A stretch of DNA of 64,000 nucleotides. Origin: Spongospora subterranea f. sp. subterranea. Taxonomy: Eukaryota. Under the pieces are notes generated by a model. The model saw only the letters and a program-made list of their open reading frames with translations. It was not told where the DNA came from and ran no database searches. Below are positions 11,552 to 23,654 of the stretch, in pieces. Each line of letters begins with the position of its first letter. Position 1 is the first letter of the stretch. The stretch is from contig JAUGWO010000142.1 in NCBI GenBank assembly GCA_049724395.1, positions 1 through 64,000 on the forward strand, written 5' to 3'. Made by a program: the position numbers and the translations under genes.

Positions 11552-12751
11552 CTTCAAGTACTTTGTCGATAATGTCCTGTGAAGATAATTCACGACCACA
11601 TGCCTTTAAATCTTTCGATGCGGTGACGACCTTTGCAATGTATGATGATATTGCTTCAGGGCCCTTTTTCAGTGACCAAAACAAACGCCAGGCTTGAATC
11701 CGACTGCCGCGACCATTACGTTCATATTGTGCGCAGAGCTCCAGAAAAACAGCGCGCGCTGTTGGTAGATCAATAACAGAACTTAGAATGTCATCGGAAA
11801 GACATAGGCAAATTATGCTCTTGGCACGTTTCGCCAGTTAATCATTTTGCGAGTCTTGCAAGCGATCGATGATGCTGTTGCCAGTGTCAGTGTCGCGGGA
11901 AATATCTTCCAGAACAAATTGGTCTAAACCTCGGCAATCGAGAGTCATGAGAAGCTTAGCTTTCCAAAGTTGAAACGAAGCACGCTCGCCATTGAAAATC
12001 GGGACCCGCAGTTGTTCTTGACTTAAGTCGCTCATCGGTATGAGAAGGATTCAAATGATAAAGGAAATATACACCGTGTGTAGGAGATAGAGAAAATGCA
12101 CACAAAGTGTATGTAGAAAGATACAGCTAAGTGTATGTAGAAAGATACAGCTAAGTGTATGTAGAAAGATACACTTCTAAGTGTATCTTTCTACATACAC
12201 TTTGTGTGCATTTTCTCTATCTCCTACACACGGTGTATATTTCCTTTATCATTTGAATCCTTCTCCGATGAGCGACTTAAGTCAAGAACAACTGCGGGTC
12301 CCGATTTTCAATGGCGAGCGTGCTTCGTTTCAACTTTGGAAAGCTAAGCTTCTCATGACTCTCGATTGCCGAGGTTTAGACCAATTTGTTCTGGAAGATA
12401 TTTCCCGCGACACTGACACTGGCAACAGCATCATCGATCGCTTGCAAGACTCGCAAAATGATTAACTGGCGAAACGTGCCAAGAGCATAATGTGCCTATG
12501 TCTTTCTGATGACATTCTCCGTTCTGTTATTGATCTACCAACAGCGCGCGCTGTTTTTCTGGAGCTCTGCGCACAATATGAACGTAATGGTCGCGGCAGT
12601 CGGATCCAAGCCTGGCGTTTGTTTTGGTCACTGAAAAAGGGCCCTGAAGCAATATCATCATACGTTGCAAAGGTCGTCACCGCATCGAAAGATTTAAAGG
12701 CATGTGGTCGTGAATTATCTTCACAGGACATTATCGACAAAGTACTTGAAG
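11552..12751. repeat. ~1.2 kb palindrome: inverted duplication of the copia 5' leader and gag, with a 2-nt centre at 12177-12178
   Basis: 12179-12751 is the reverse complement of 11552-12176 apart from ~6 substitutions, a 4-bp indel and two extra 24-bp units. The identical peptide MSDLSQEQLRVP... is encoded on both strands. Confidence 0.97.
12107..12173. repeat. 24-bp tandem repeat GTGTATGTAGAAAGATACAGCTAA, ~2.8 copies
   Basis: Units start at 12107, 12131 and 12155. Confidence 0.95.
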
Positions 12752-13098
12752 TATTGCTCTATCGGTTGTCTTATCAATCGCACTAATTTTGCCCTCTCCC
12801 CTCTCTCCAGTTATAGTAATTTGCCTAAATTAATACTCCCTCTAATCTCACTAAGAACCTGTAAAAGCAAGAGATATTGAAAAGAATGTTCTTAGCAGCT
12901 GTGGTGCGACCGAGGTGTGGCAGCAGTGGAACTCGAAGATTTGATGGCAAACTGGGAATTTGACCATTCATGACCCAAGAACCAGCACAAAAGGCCACCA
13001 AAAATCGTGAAAGGGTACGCTGGTGACAAAGCCGATAGTGCTTGGCAAAACAGAATGTCTGGAAATGATACTCTCCAAAGTCCTTCCGTGATGTTCAT

Positions 13099-13173
13099 CG
13101 GCCACCGAACAGCCCTGACCTCAACGTATTAGACTTAGGATAGACTTAGGATATCAACGCGATTCGATCTTTG
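13099..13173 (+). pseudogene. Relic of a plant/oomycete-type mariner transposase C-terminal motif
   Basis: Translates RPPNSPDLNVLDLG, then an 11-bp duplication (TAGACTTAGGA twice), then NAIRSL. This matches the PPNSPDLNxLDLGFFNAIQSL signature. Confidence 0.7.
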
Positions 13174-14230
13174 CGATAGCGGCATCCACAAGGTTGACCT
13201 ACAACAAGCTAAATTGAGTATTTCTCAGCTAACAACAATGAATGATACGCTGTCTAACGTTCGATGGATTCAAATAATTACCAGCTGGGCCATATGGCGA
13301 AACAAAAGCTTGAGCGTGAGAGAATCCTTTGAAATTGATATACAGAAGTAATTCATCGCGCCCACGCCCTTGTATGTAAATAAACTCTCCAAACCGCTGT
13401 TTGTTCACCATGTCTCGATATTCAAAGCGGCGCCGATCACTCAAATCCACACAAGGCCCATTGTGGGACCCCCTCAAAACGGTAGGTTGCAATTAATTCG
13501 GATCATTTGATGACTCTTGTCGGTGTTGCAAGCGAATTTGGGAGCAATGTACCTCCGTATCTGGTTTCTCGGCGGATCTGTCGGAAAGGCCTACTGAAAT
13601 AGGAGTTTGGGCGAAAGAGATCATCACTCAATTTCTGGCAGCGCATCGCGACAGAAATCACTCCTCATTTACTGATACCATAATGTTGCAGTTTAAAGTC
13701 GGCGTTATCACTAAAAAATTGTTGACACTTGTATGCCTTGACAGATCCACAGTCTATCTATCCATGTTAGTCGGAGCTGATTAAGCCTTGGGACGGCGGG
13801 ATAATAACTCGAACTTGTGATGCCGATCATGCTGCATGTGCAACTCTATTGACAGCTGCCCGGACCTTTGCGTACTAAGTGTCTCTGAGCCAGATCGAAA
13901 TCGAAAACCGCCCGAGTACGATAGTCCTAGAGGCAAGAATCGAGCGATTGGTTTATTGATTATAAATACCTTGGTTGTGGCCATGACTCATGAAGCAGTG
14001 GCGAACCAAACCCGGACAGGTCTATTACAGTACAGTAAACGCGTCAGAGCCGCCGAGCCGGACCCTAATACAGTGGGGTCAGAAAGGTCTCAGTGAAATC
14101 TGCGCAGTCCGTGACGGACACTACGTCGTCCACCTGATGCTGGCCGCGTCGGCCATCGAATACAACCACACAAGTTTATTTCCGTGTGTCGATACAAGTT
14201 TACTTTAATATTAAAACCTAGGCGTCCAGC

Positions 14231-15730
14231 ATGACTGATAGCACGCCTAATCCAGGCGCTTTTGAACCCTGTACAGCAATCGAAATTTCTGCTAAGACGT
14301 TGACCGACGACAGCCAGGCAAATGAAGCCCATATCCGTCGGCGGCTTCTGAAGATTGTCTCCATCTTCGTTCTTTCGTTATCAATTATTGCATCTGCGGT
14401 ATTGTCTAATCCCTTCGCGAAAGCATCAAGTTGTTGAAATGCCCTTTTGCAGTCAAGTCACACTCTTTGCGCTCAGCCGTTCAAGAAAGACCTGGGGATC
14501 AAAGGCCTGGAACTTCCTTGGCTGCATTCAATTATCACGTCTGGTTCGTTCCCATTCGGGTTCGTCATTTGGCTCATCATTGCGCGTGGGAAAATTGAGG
14601 TTCCTTCTTGGGCACGTTGGCGCTCGTACGCCGTCCTTGCTTTTTTCAACGCAGCCGACATCCTATTCGGTAAACGATGTGCATCATCCCCATTTTCTGC
14701 GCTCTGATCAAGCAATCCAGGCTCATTTGCGTTGAATATTCTGCCCGCCGCCCAATACGCCATGTGAGTAACGTCTGTGGTTCATCAAGAAATTCCTTTA
14801 AATTTGTCGTTATCAGTCTTCGCGGCAGCAGTTTGATCTTTGTAGTGATCCTCAGTAAAGTGATGACCCGCAAACAGTTCAATATCTGGCAATGTAAGGA
14901 TTTATCACGTCAAAAATTATCCGCAACCTTTTCAACCATTGCCCTACCGTTTGCCTGTTGTCAAATTCTAGTCTTTTCAGCCACATTTGGGTCAACGTTT
15001 TAATACGTCATAGCAACCAATAGAAGCGTCATCCAATACCGTTTTTTTGGGGGTTTCGCCCTGAGAGTGTTGTTCTTACACAACCCACGATTTTTCGAGT
15101 CTGACGGATTCATGACGTTCAGACACTGCCGTGGGGCTGATGTCCGTTGCCGTAGTCCTCATGACCATAACCGACACAACGGATCCTGAAAAGCGTCGCG
15201 AGCTGCTGGATTTGTCGGGCAACAAGGTCTGGGGTATATTTGCCGCTATAACCGGTTCCGTGTTTGTATCCCTTCTCTCGGTTGCCACCCAGAAGCTGTT
15301 TGCGGCCGATCAGAGCAAAGGCGATTTGCAATTCGTCTGTCAGATCAATTGTTGCCAGTCGTTCCTGGCCACTGTCATGCTCTTACCCATAGCCTTCTTC
15401 ACTGAGGAATTCCATTCGCTCTCGACCAATCTTGCCACAATATCTGCCGCAGGTTTCATGCCGAAAATGCTATGGTTGTTGGCGGGAATGTCGATATCTG
15501 CCCCTATTATGCTTTTCGCAAACATCGGCTTAACGTCCGTGACGTCGGCGACGTTCGCGCGTTCACTGGGCGGACCAAGGCGTATTGTCATCATCGTTAT
15601 GTCCTGGCTTTTATTTAACCAAGAAATTAATGTCCTAACTGCGATTGCCGCCCTCTTCATGACATTGTCCCTGGGAATCTATATCTATGGAGGTCACCGT
15701 CTTCAACAATCCAAACAGTCCTCAAAATAG
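14231..15730 (+). CDS. Multi-exon DMT/SLC35-like membrane transporter (triose-phosphate or nucleotide-sugar transporter-like)
   Basis: Many hydrophobic helices across ORFs at 14231, 14447 and 15131. The C-terminal TSVTSATFARSLGGPRRIVIIVMSWLLFNQEINVLTAIAALFMTLSLGIYIYG resembles the last two helices of TPT/SLC35 proteins. Internal exon boundaries were not fully resolved. Confidence 0.65.
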
Positions 15731-15981
15731 GCCTGCCTTATATCTACAAAATTTTCCATCTGCTGTACCTTTATCCACAATAGCAACAAAATACAGAGCC
15801 CCAAATTTAATGCGAAATTGGGCGTTTAAGTCTGCATTCACATTGATTTTGGATCGGTCGATATATTCACCAATAGAGTTCAGTGCATTGCTTGATCGGG
15901 GTCTCGTGATTATTGTCCAGGTTCATCTGAATTATATAATAAAAATACTGGGTTGAGCACTTGTAGACAAAAGCAATGGGA

Positions 15982-15997
15982 GGGGGGGGGGGGGGGG
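15982..15997 (+). repeat. Poly-G tract (G16, preceded by GGGA)
   Basis: Directly visible in the sequence. Confidence 0.9.
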
Positions 15998-16619
15998 CAA
16001 TTACTCGACCGATGCTGCAACTTGTTTTGATCTATACACATCGGTCAACGGTCCGATTTTCAACTTCATTTTTCAATGTGTTTGCACGTCCAAGCGGCGA
16101 CTCTGAGATTTTTGTTGATGTTTTTATATGAAGTTCATATTTCTAGGCACAAACAGCTAGCATTTATTGTTGGCTTAGTGATTAGTCGGTATTATTGATA
16201 ATAATACAGTAACCATTATTGCATTGACAGCAACCAGGAATCTAGTGTACGTGGCAGTACACGCCCCGGTTAAGGGGTCAACCTCGTTTCGGTTGGTGTT
16301 TCCTATTTCCATTTTGTCTTTCTCAATTTCCGCAATGACGCCAGTTTATTGAGCTTTGAACTATTGCGCTGTCGCTCCAAGTGTTTATCTGTGTTTTCAG
16401 CGAAGCTAGATGGCGATCAAAGCCAAAATTATCCTGAGTCCATAGATTGTGCCCCTGACAGCTAGCTCAAACAAAATGCACTACATTTCCTGCCTTTTTT
16501 CTTTCCGCCTTGTTCACTGTCGGTGCCAAAAAACAAAATCATCTCCTGTGCTGCAATCTCGATCTAATGAAATATTCATGAACCGGTGATGTGAAGGGGC
16601 TACGTCAGCTTCTTTACAT

Positions 16620-17880
16620 CTCGTCAAACGTGGCATGGACGCTTGAGATAATTTTGAACACAATTATTACGGAACCAATCGCGTGTCCAAATTCGCTGTC
16701 GACAGCTTTTCAACGGCGGATTGTTGATGAAAGCACCGCTGACCTGGATCACAACTATTTGTACCAGTTGTTGTGGTGCTTCTGCTGGAAGACATTTTGT
16801 GAAAGGTTCATGCCGGTTTTCACCACAAATACGGTAACCATGTCTGGCAACTTTTACATGAGTGTTTTTACTTGACATCTTGGCGTTTGCTAGGACAGAT
16901 CGTCAGTGGTTTGACTTTTGGTATCCAGAAATTCTGCTTCAACCAAACTATGTACAAGCGTAGCCATTAGACGCACTGCTAATAATTTCATTGATATTGG
17001 TTGAATAATAGGATGTAAGAATTTATGGAAGCAGGTCTAGCATAGCCAGAGCCACGATTCTTTCAAACTCGTCCAAATCAACAAACCCACCCTCATTGCA
17101 TTCAATGGATCTATGGATCAGCTCTTGCAAACAATCAGAAAAAAAACAAGCGACTATCAAAAGCAAAAGAATATTTGTATTGCTGAAATAAACATTATAC
17201 AAGCAATTGTTTTCAGAAAAAAACAAAAGAACACGAGGCTTACCGGCGATTATCTTATTGATGTACTCGGTCAAAAGCAATGAGGCTTTTTTATCAACTA
17301 TTTCTGATATGTCGGCAACACACCTACTTGATGATGATAATGGACTAACCTCGAATAGATCCGTCCACAAACGATCGATTTACCATGTTTAATAGCAAGC
17401 TCTACAAATGACCAATTATGTTGGGCTCTAACATCAATAAAAGCGTTGGAACCTGTTTAAGATGATGGGACGTACTTCTGTGTGATGATGATGTTGCCAT
17501 GGCCTCGCCACCTTCTATACTGATTGCTGTCCGGTAACTTCATAAAGCCGTCGCTTCTGCAACCAATGTCTATGGCAATTGGGATTCACATTCACAAGTT
17601 ACAGCCGGTGTTTGTAAATGATGCCCGACTTCGTGTTGCTATATGCAACTCATTTACAAAAAAGTTAAGATTTAAGCCGAGTATTTGTATTTTCCTTTAT
17701 TTGTTACATATCGCTCAGACAATGATAATAAAAAAACAGACACCACGTTGTGATATTTTCGAGTATGTCCTCTGATGTCTGAATGCCCGAAAACTAGCTC
17801 TTGTGTAAACAATATTTCAGAACTTCGACAAGTTCCGATATTTTGCTTCGCTTCCAGGATGCGTATGTTCAAGACATTGT
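16620..17880 (-). CDS. Possible multi-exon hypothetical protein, divergent from RBM8A
   Basis: Protein-like segments (WTDLFEV...[45 protein letters not shown]) are separated by T-rich GT-AG-like spacers. No family recognised and the boundaries are approximate. Confidence 0.3.
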
Positions 17881-18087
17881 ACTGCTCGGTTCCATATTTT
17901 GAGATATAGCGAAACCCGATTCAGCATGATGAATTATTCGATGATATCTGATTTGCGGTGGAAATGGGATGCCGGTCTGGGGTCTGGACCCATCGGAGCG
18001 AATTATTTGAGTTTGGTGATTTGGTGCAGGCAGGAGGCGGAGGCTACGGACTTGGCCACGACGCGCGGTTGGCAATCTTGTAACGAG

Positions 18088-18640
18088 ATGAGTGACGACG
18101 AAGTGATGGCGGGCGACGATAGGTCGCCGTCACCAACTCGGCAAACCAAGGGCCGCGGCCATCATCGCAAGCAGGACTCGGCCGATGATCGCTATAAAGG
18201 TCAGGCGGGGCTGTTCGACTCGGTCGCCAGCAAAGCGTCAGCGGGACCGTTGCCATGTAAGAAGGCCGGTGCGCGTCATAATTTTTCTGAATGTTTCGTA
18301 GCGGTCGAAGGATGGATCGTTTTTGTGACAAACGTTCACGAGGAGGCCCAAGAGGATGACATTTATGATCGATTCGCCGACTATGGTGAGATCAAACAGC
18401 TGCATCTAAACCTGGACCGCCAAACTGGGTTCGTTAAGGGATACGCCCTCATTGAATATGAGAAGTTCGAGGAGGCCCAACAGGCCATAAAAATGGAAAA
18501 CAACAAGATGCTGTTAGAGCAAAAGATCCAAGTTGATTGGGCATTCAAAGCGCCAAGGTTAGCTTTTGAGAATGCTTTTCCATATGGCTTCTAAACTTTT
18601 TACTGTTAGTTCTTCTGGGGAGCGGCGCGCTCGTCGTTAG
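18088..18640 (+). CDS. RBM8A: RNA-binding protein 8A / Y14 (exon junction complex), 2 introns
   Basis: [67 protein letters not shown] introns at 18257-18301 and 18559-18609. Confidence 0.96.
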
Positions 18641-19428
18641 GATGACACTCTAAGAATGTGTTTTCTTCTCATCTGGTCAAAATCTCCCGATAAATTGTTT
18701 TTTCCGAAATAAACACTCTGATCGCCTATCTTAATAGAACCCTGTTTGGAATCATGGATTTTTGAGGGTATACTGATCGACAATGCAATTTCCTACATGT
18801 TAATCCCCCATAAAACACAAATTATTAGATCGACGGGAGAGACGGAAAACGGTCATGCTAATTTCCGATTTATCGGAAAATCTCTACAGTATATTACCTA
18901 CAAGGCATACTGCAATATGAGAAAACAGATCTGACTCAGAAATCTTATATAATCGCACATCGGCATTTTTTGCAATGCCGAATAGATCATTGTTCTCGAT
19001 CAGTGTCTTCATCTATACGTACGCATCTCCGGTGATGTTTTACGATGATATTCCTGGTATTTGATTTTGTCTTATAAAAAATTTATCTGAACTAAGACAC
19101 AGCACAGACGTTTGAGCATATCTGAATCGTCAATGATTTCAAGCTTTCAAGTATTGCAGATATAACTTGGTGGGCAGGTTGAGGAAGTCCTACAATGGCT
19201 TCATGGCATCATACGGGGTTCAAATGCGCAAGGTAATCGAAAATCCAGTTTATTTTGAACTGAGACCGTTTTCCTAAACGAACGCTGCTGGGATTTGCAT
19301 GTTTTTGTAAAATAAGATCCTATTATTGAGTTCAAACTTGAGAATTTGTACACTCCTTCGACATACAAATTTAAGATAGCTTGTGTATCAATTGAGCCAC
19401 TCATTGATGATATAAAAAAACATATTTG

Positions 19429-19576
19429 AAGAACTATGGAGCTGCGCTATCATAGCCACCAAGAACCAAGATCGATGGAGCTGCGCTATCATAGCCACCA
19501 AGAACCAAGAACGATGGAGCTGCGCTATCATAGCCACCAAGAACCAAGAACGATGGAGCTGCGCTATCATAGCCAC
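19429..19576. repeat. 39-bp minisatellite, ~3.8 copies
   Basis: The unit ATGGAGCTGCGCTATCATAGCCACCAAGAACCAAGAACG starts at 19436, 19475, 19514 and 19553, with no spacers. Confidence 0.95.
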
Positions 19577-20368
19577 GCTATCAAAGCCATCGTAGCCAGG
19601 CGGAACTCGTAGACTGCGCCAGGGCCTTCGTTTTGAAATAAACGATTCATTCTGTTACCAGCCACAAAAACCGTTTCTGGTTTCGTAGACTGACGATTGC
19701 TACACTTGACACATACAGTATTTTAGAAACGGGGAGTAAACCAGTCTTGTAACTTCCGTTCCAATGCACTTTACATCGACACTCAAGCTTCAGTATCTGA
19801 ACGTTCATTTGTTATTCATGATTGCTTTGGAAAAACAGATGATAAAACTGGCTAAAATGACATTGGTTCAAGACAAGTCCTGTATCAACGGTCAAAACTG
19901 ACAAAGTAAATTACAGGAAAAACATGAAGTACGCTTTTGATTATCAACAGCCGACGTTGAAGAAACTGGGCAGTTTGCCCCCACTATAGCAACTAAAGTA
20001 ATTGATCCCCAACCAAACGCCAACGTCACTGTCTATGACAATACTCCTATAGCTTGCAATCTCTGTTTCCCTATCATTTCCTTGAATCGATTCAGAATGG
20101 GGCACGACCAGATTAACGCGTTGCCTGCAGTTCGGTAACAACTGCTGACCGTTTTGTCGTGTAATATTGGTTTTCATCAAAGTTTACCGCATTTCGCTGC
20201 GTTTAGCTTCCGATGTCGCATGGAAAGGCCACGCAGTTCCCATCGTTGTCTCTGCCAACGTAACCCGATGGACGATAGGTGTACCGGCTGCGCAAGTTCG
20301 CCAAAGTCCAAGAGCGCCAGCGTCTCGCGGGGAACGTGTTTGGATCTCAACCTGACTTGTTGGTCACG

Positions 20369-22191
20369 ATGGAGAGTACGGTGTCCAGCTCATGGCACAA
20401 TTTACACTCGTCATACGGATCAGCTACTTTACGCACCTGGCAACAGCTTGGGACGGATGTAGCGGCTTCTGACCTGGTTTTACCTGTGTTCGTGTCTGAT
20501 CGAGACGATGACATCGAGCCGATCGGAATGCTGCCTGGCATTTATCGATATGGGGTTAACCAACTTGGTCGTTTCCTTGACCCTTTAATTGAACTTGGTA
20601 CGTATCATTGATTTTCCACTTTGTCGACATTGTTATTAAATGCATTGTCGTCTGTCTGAAGTTCTCATATACCTCAACCAAAGCGTGTGTATCTACTTTT
20701 TTATATCAAATATTGAATTGTTTGTGTTTGATCAAGAGTTTGGGTCAGAATTTGTTGTTGATCCTGGATCATTTTAGGTCTTCGATCGGTTCTGGTTTTC
20801 GGAGTCGACTCTGATACGACTAAGAAGGATGCGGAAGGAACCAATGCTTTAAATCCTAATGGCGCCGCTCCTCGCGCTATCAAGTATCTTCGGACCCGCT
20901 ATCAGCAACTCACTGTCATTGCCGATGTTTGCATGTCAGCAATTGTTCATTGTTCCGTTTATTGCCAATCGGGTAAAATCCGCTCAGGTGCCCGTACACG
21001 AGCCATGGTCATTGCGGGTTTATCGACCGCGATGGCTCTATCCTTAACCAACAGAGTTGCGAATATATCGCCGAAATCGCTGCTTTCTACGCCCAATGTG
21101 GGGCGCAGGTTGTAGCGCCATCGGATATGATGGACGGTCGAATTCAAACTATCAAAGACAAACTCATTTCGTAAGGCGACCTTTGATTTTCGTTAGTGAT
21201 GCTTTTCACGCATTATGACCCAAAATGTTTGGTCTTGTTATCATAATAATCAAATTCAGTTTGTTTCCAACAAATTTTTTAGCTCAGTTTGAGTCGATGT
21301 AGCAGTGTACTCTAAGCTGGGGTCTCCTCACCTGCTTCCACTTCGCGATGTTTGCTTGGATTCAGTTTAGATGCTGATCTTGTAATTCTGACGGTTTTTT
21401 CATTTCTAATGCCTCCATTTTTGTGTGTACAGTTTTTTTTTCCAAAAAATCCTTCATCGGTTTTTTAAATTTGCATTGAGTTTTCACTCTATCTAGTCCG
21501 AATGTCTGGGAAGGTCGAGCATATGCTCTGTTTTCGCTAAAATTCGAATTGATTGCTCTCAGGGTTGGACTTGGATCAAAGGTTGCCGTCATGTCGTATA
21601 GCGCCAAGTTTGCATCATCATTATACGGTCCGTTTCGGGACGCGGCCCATTCGGCTCCTGCTAAAGGCGATCGCAGCTGCTACCAGTTGCCTCCGGGTAG
21701 CAGGAAGCTGGCAATGCGTGCCTCCCAGCGTGATTACGAGCAAGGAGCTGATATCATCATGGTAAAGCCGGCCTCGTTCTACCTCGACATTATTAGCGTC
21801 ATTTCCGCCACCAGCCTTGTGCCTGTGGCAGCGTACCAAGTCTCTGGCGAGTATTGCATGATTTACCATGCAGCTGAAGCTGTAAGTGATCAGGCCGTAG
21901 TCGGTGTGTTTGTAGCCCGAAATTATGGTCATCTGGCTGTTCGTTACTCTTCCATTCATTGCTTGTGTTCAAAATCTTATACCAGATGCACTTGTTTTGG
22001 AAGTTTTATGTCGTTTTTCGGTTGGTAAAGTAAATTTGTATTCTGATGTTTTCTATTAGGGTGTATTTACTTTGCGGGCTGGTGTTATGGAGTCTTTGGT
22101 TGCCATGAAGCGCGCCGGTGCTGGTATACTGATCACGTATTACACTCCACAAATATTATCATGGCTTTCTATCCAAGATGCCAGACCTTGA
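20369..22191 (+). CDS. ALAD: Delta-aminolevulinate dehydratase (porphobilinogen synthase), Zn-dependent type, 4 introns
   Basis: [14 protein letters not shown] after splicing; [65 protein letters not shown]. Confidence 0.96.
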
Positions 22192-22304
22192 TTTAAGTAT
22201 CGCTCAGAACTTATCACCCTATAAAATTGTCTCGCGAAGAACATACTTGTGGGTATATGGAGTTTACAACAAATATAGCCAATCACTTCACGATTTACTA
22301 AGTA

Positions 22305-23443
22305 CTATGCTTCGGAATGTCCAGAGACAATTGCACTATCTTCTCTGGTGTTGATAACGCTGAATCCAGCTCCATAGTGGTAATCCCAATCAAAAGACGA
22401 TTCCTTATTCTCGGCGCTAAACGCCTCCAACAGCCTCGGGATTTCATTGGTCACCTCGTCTCTTTTTCTCAACTCAGTCTTAGTAGCGGCTGGAGCTCCT
22501 TGACCTGAACAAGCTTTACTAAAAAAGTTCGTGAAAAAATGATATCGAAAAGATTGCAAAAATCAATGGTAAAGTGCACAACGATTCCAAACATGTGAGG
22601 TGCAGGTTTTCATCATTTACCGTATAACATTGGAAAGCCATCCAAGTTAGTTCTCCATGTGGCAATCGACCTAAAGGTTAGCGAAATGCGTTCACCATCA
22701 AATGCCAATTCGTCAGGGCGCTTATCATTGCAACTGCGTTTATCTTTTCGAATGGCATGCGTCATGACTCGGTTTGTTTCCCAGCCAAGAGCGAATAATG
22801 AATTGTGCGGCAGGTCCAAACGCTGGTTCACCCTCCCCGAGGATTTCTGCTTTGGTTTGAAAACCATCTGCCTGGAAAAAAAACCTTCGTTATAATCTCG
22901 TTACGGTGTTTAAAACGTGAATTTGAGAATTCAGGGGTCAACGACTGGATATAACTGTTGCCATGATTGCATGGTTTTACAAGAGGATATGTGAAGTTTG
23001 AGGGGATACAATTCGAAAACGAAAATAAAGAGTCCCGACCTGGTTGCACCCAAACTGACATTGCAGACCGCTGTCCCTTTAAGAGTATCAATGGTCTTAT
23101 CGCTGTGCTCTCCTATGAAATCGTGTCCGTTGCGGTAGAGCTGGATCAGGCAATGGTTGAGCTGCTGTTTGACGACCGCTTCGACACAGTGGCGGATCGC
23201 ATCCACGGTTGGCGTCAACGGACCGCTTGGCGGCTCCGTGTCCACTGGATGGCGATATATGGGCTCGTCCCCTTCCGAGTTGGCCACGTACTGAAGCGAC
23301 ACCAGGCGCGGCACGTCGCCGCCTTTGTGGGCCATCTTCGTCCAGGAAATCTCATTACGGACGCGAGCGAATATGTCGTTCGCAATGTCATCAGGGAGAA
23401 AATCGTAAAACAGCGAACTGTCAGGTCCGATCGTTGTTGCCAT
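22305..23443 (-). CDS. AlkB-like 2OG-Fe(II) dioxygenase, 2 introns
   Basis: VPRLVSLQ; PIYRHP; NHCLIQLYRNGHDFIGEHSDKTID (HxD); NVSLGATR; THAIR (distal His); RISLTFR (RxxxxxR). Confidence 0.88.
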
Positions 23444-23654
23444 CGCTTACTTTGATTCAGGGTCAAGCGATAAAAGCCCGCGAACAGGAAAAAGCAATTT
23501 GTACATGAGTCAACCTTTAGACCCTCCGGTCAAGACTCATGTGTCATCAATTCAATTGTTGAAGAGCGACTGCACTAAAGGATTGTTCGAAAATCGCGGA
23601 GGAAGCCGGCTTCTGTGTATTGTTATTGATAGGAAAAAGAGTTTCAGTAGCACA

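Larger units (their letters stand above)
7718..12176 (-). mobile_element. Ty1/copia LTR retrotransposon (gag-PR-INT-RT-RNH), degenerate, 5' LTR and primer binding site missing
   Basis: gag starts at 12035 (IFNG..FQLWK). Protease WHVDTACSSHMT; integrase WHARLGH..CEPC, TDNGGEY, NGLAERLNRT; RT KARLVIRG, VHVDD; RNase H YSDSDWAGD, TKHIDVKYHY. Domain order is copia-type. In-frame TAA at 11838-11840 and frameshifts near 11040, 9840 and 9380. Confidence 0.95.

Noticed and set aside
15978..15997. G-run as a functional G-quadruplex or telomeric seed
   Set aside because: It is a single homopolymer of unreliable length in this assembly, and there are no telomeric repeats.
16242..16277. Two small hairpins next to CTAG as a Helitron 3' end
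   Set aside because: The spacing and the base following CTAG do not fit an A|T insertion, and no Rep/helicase sequence is nearby.
19429..19576. 39-bp repeats as a CRISPR array
   Set aside because: The units are directly adjacent with no unique spacers, there are no cas genes, and the context is eukaryotic.
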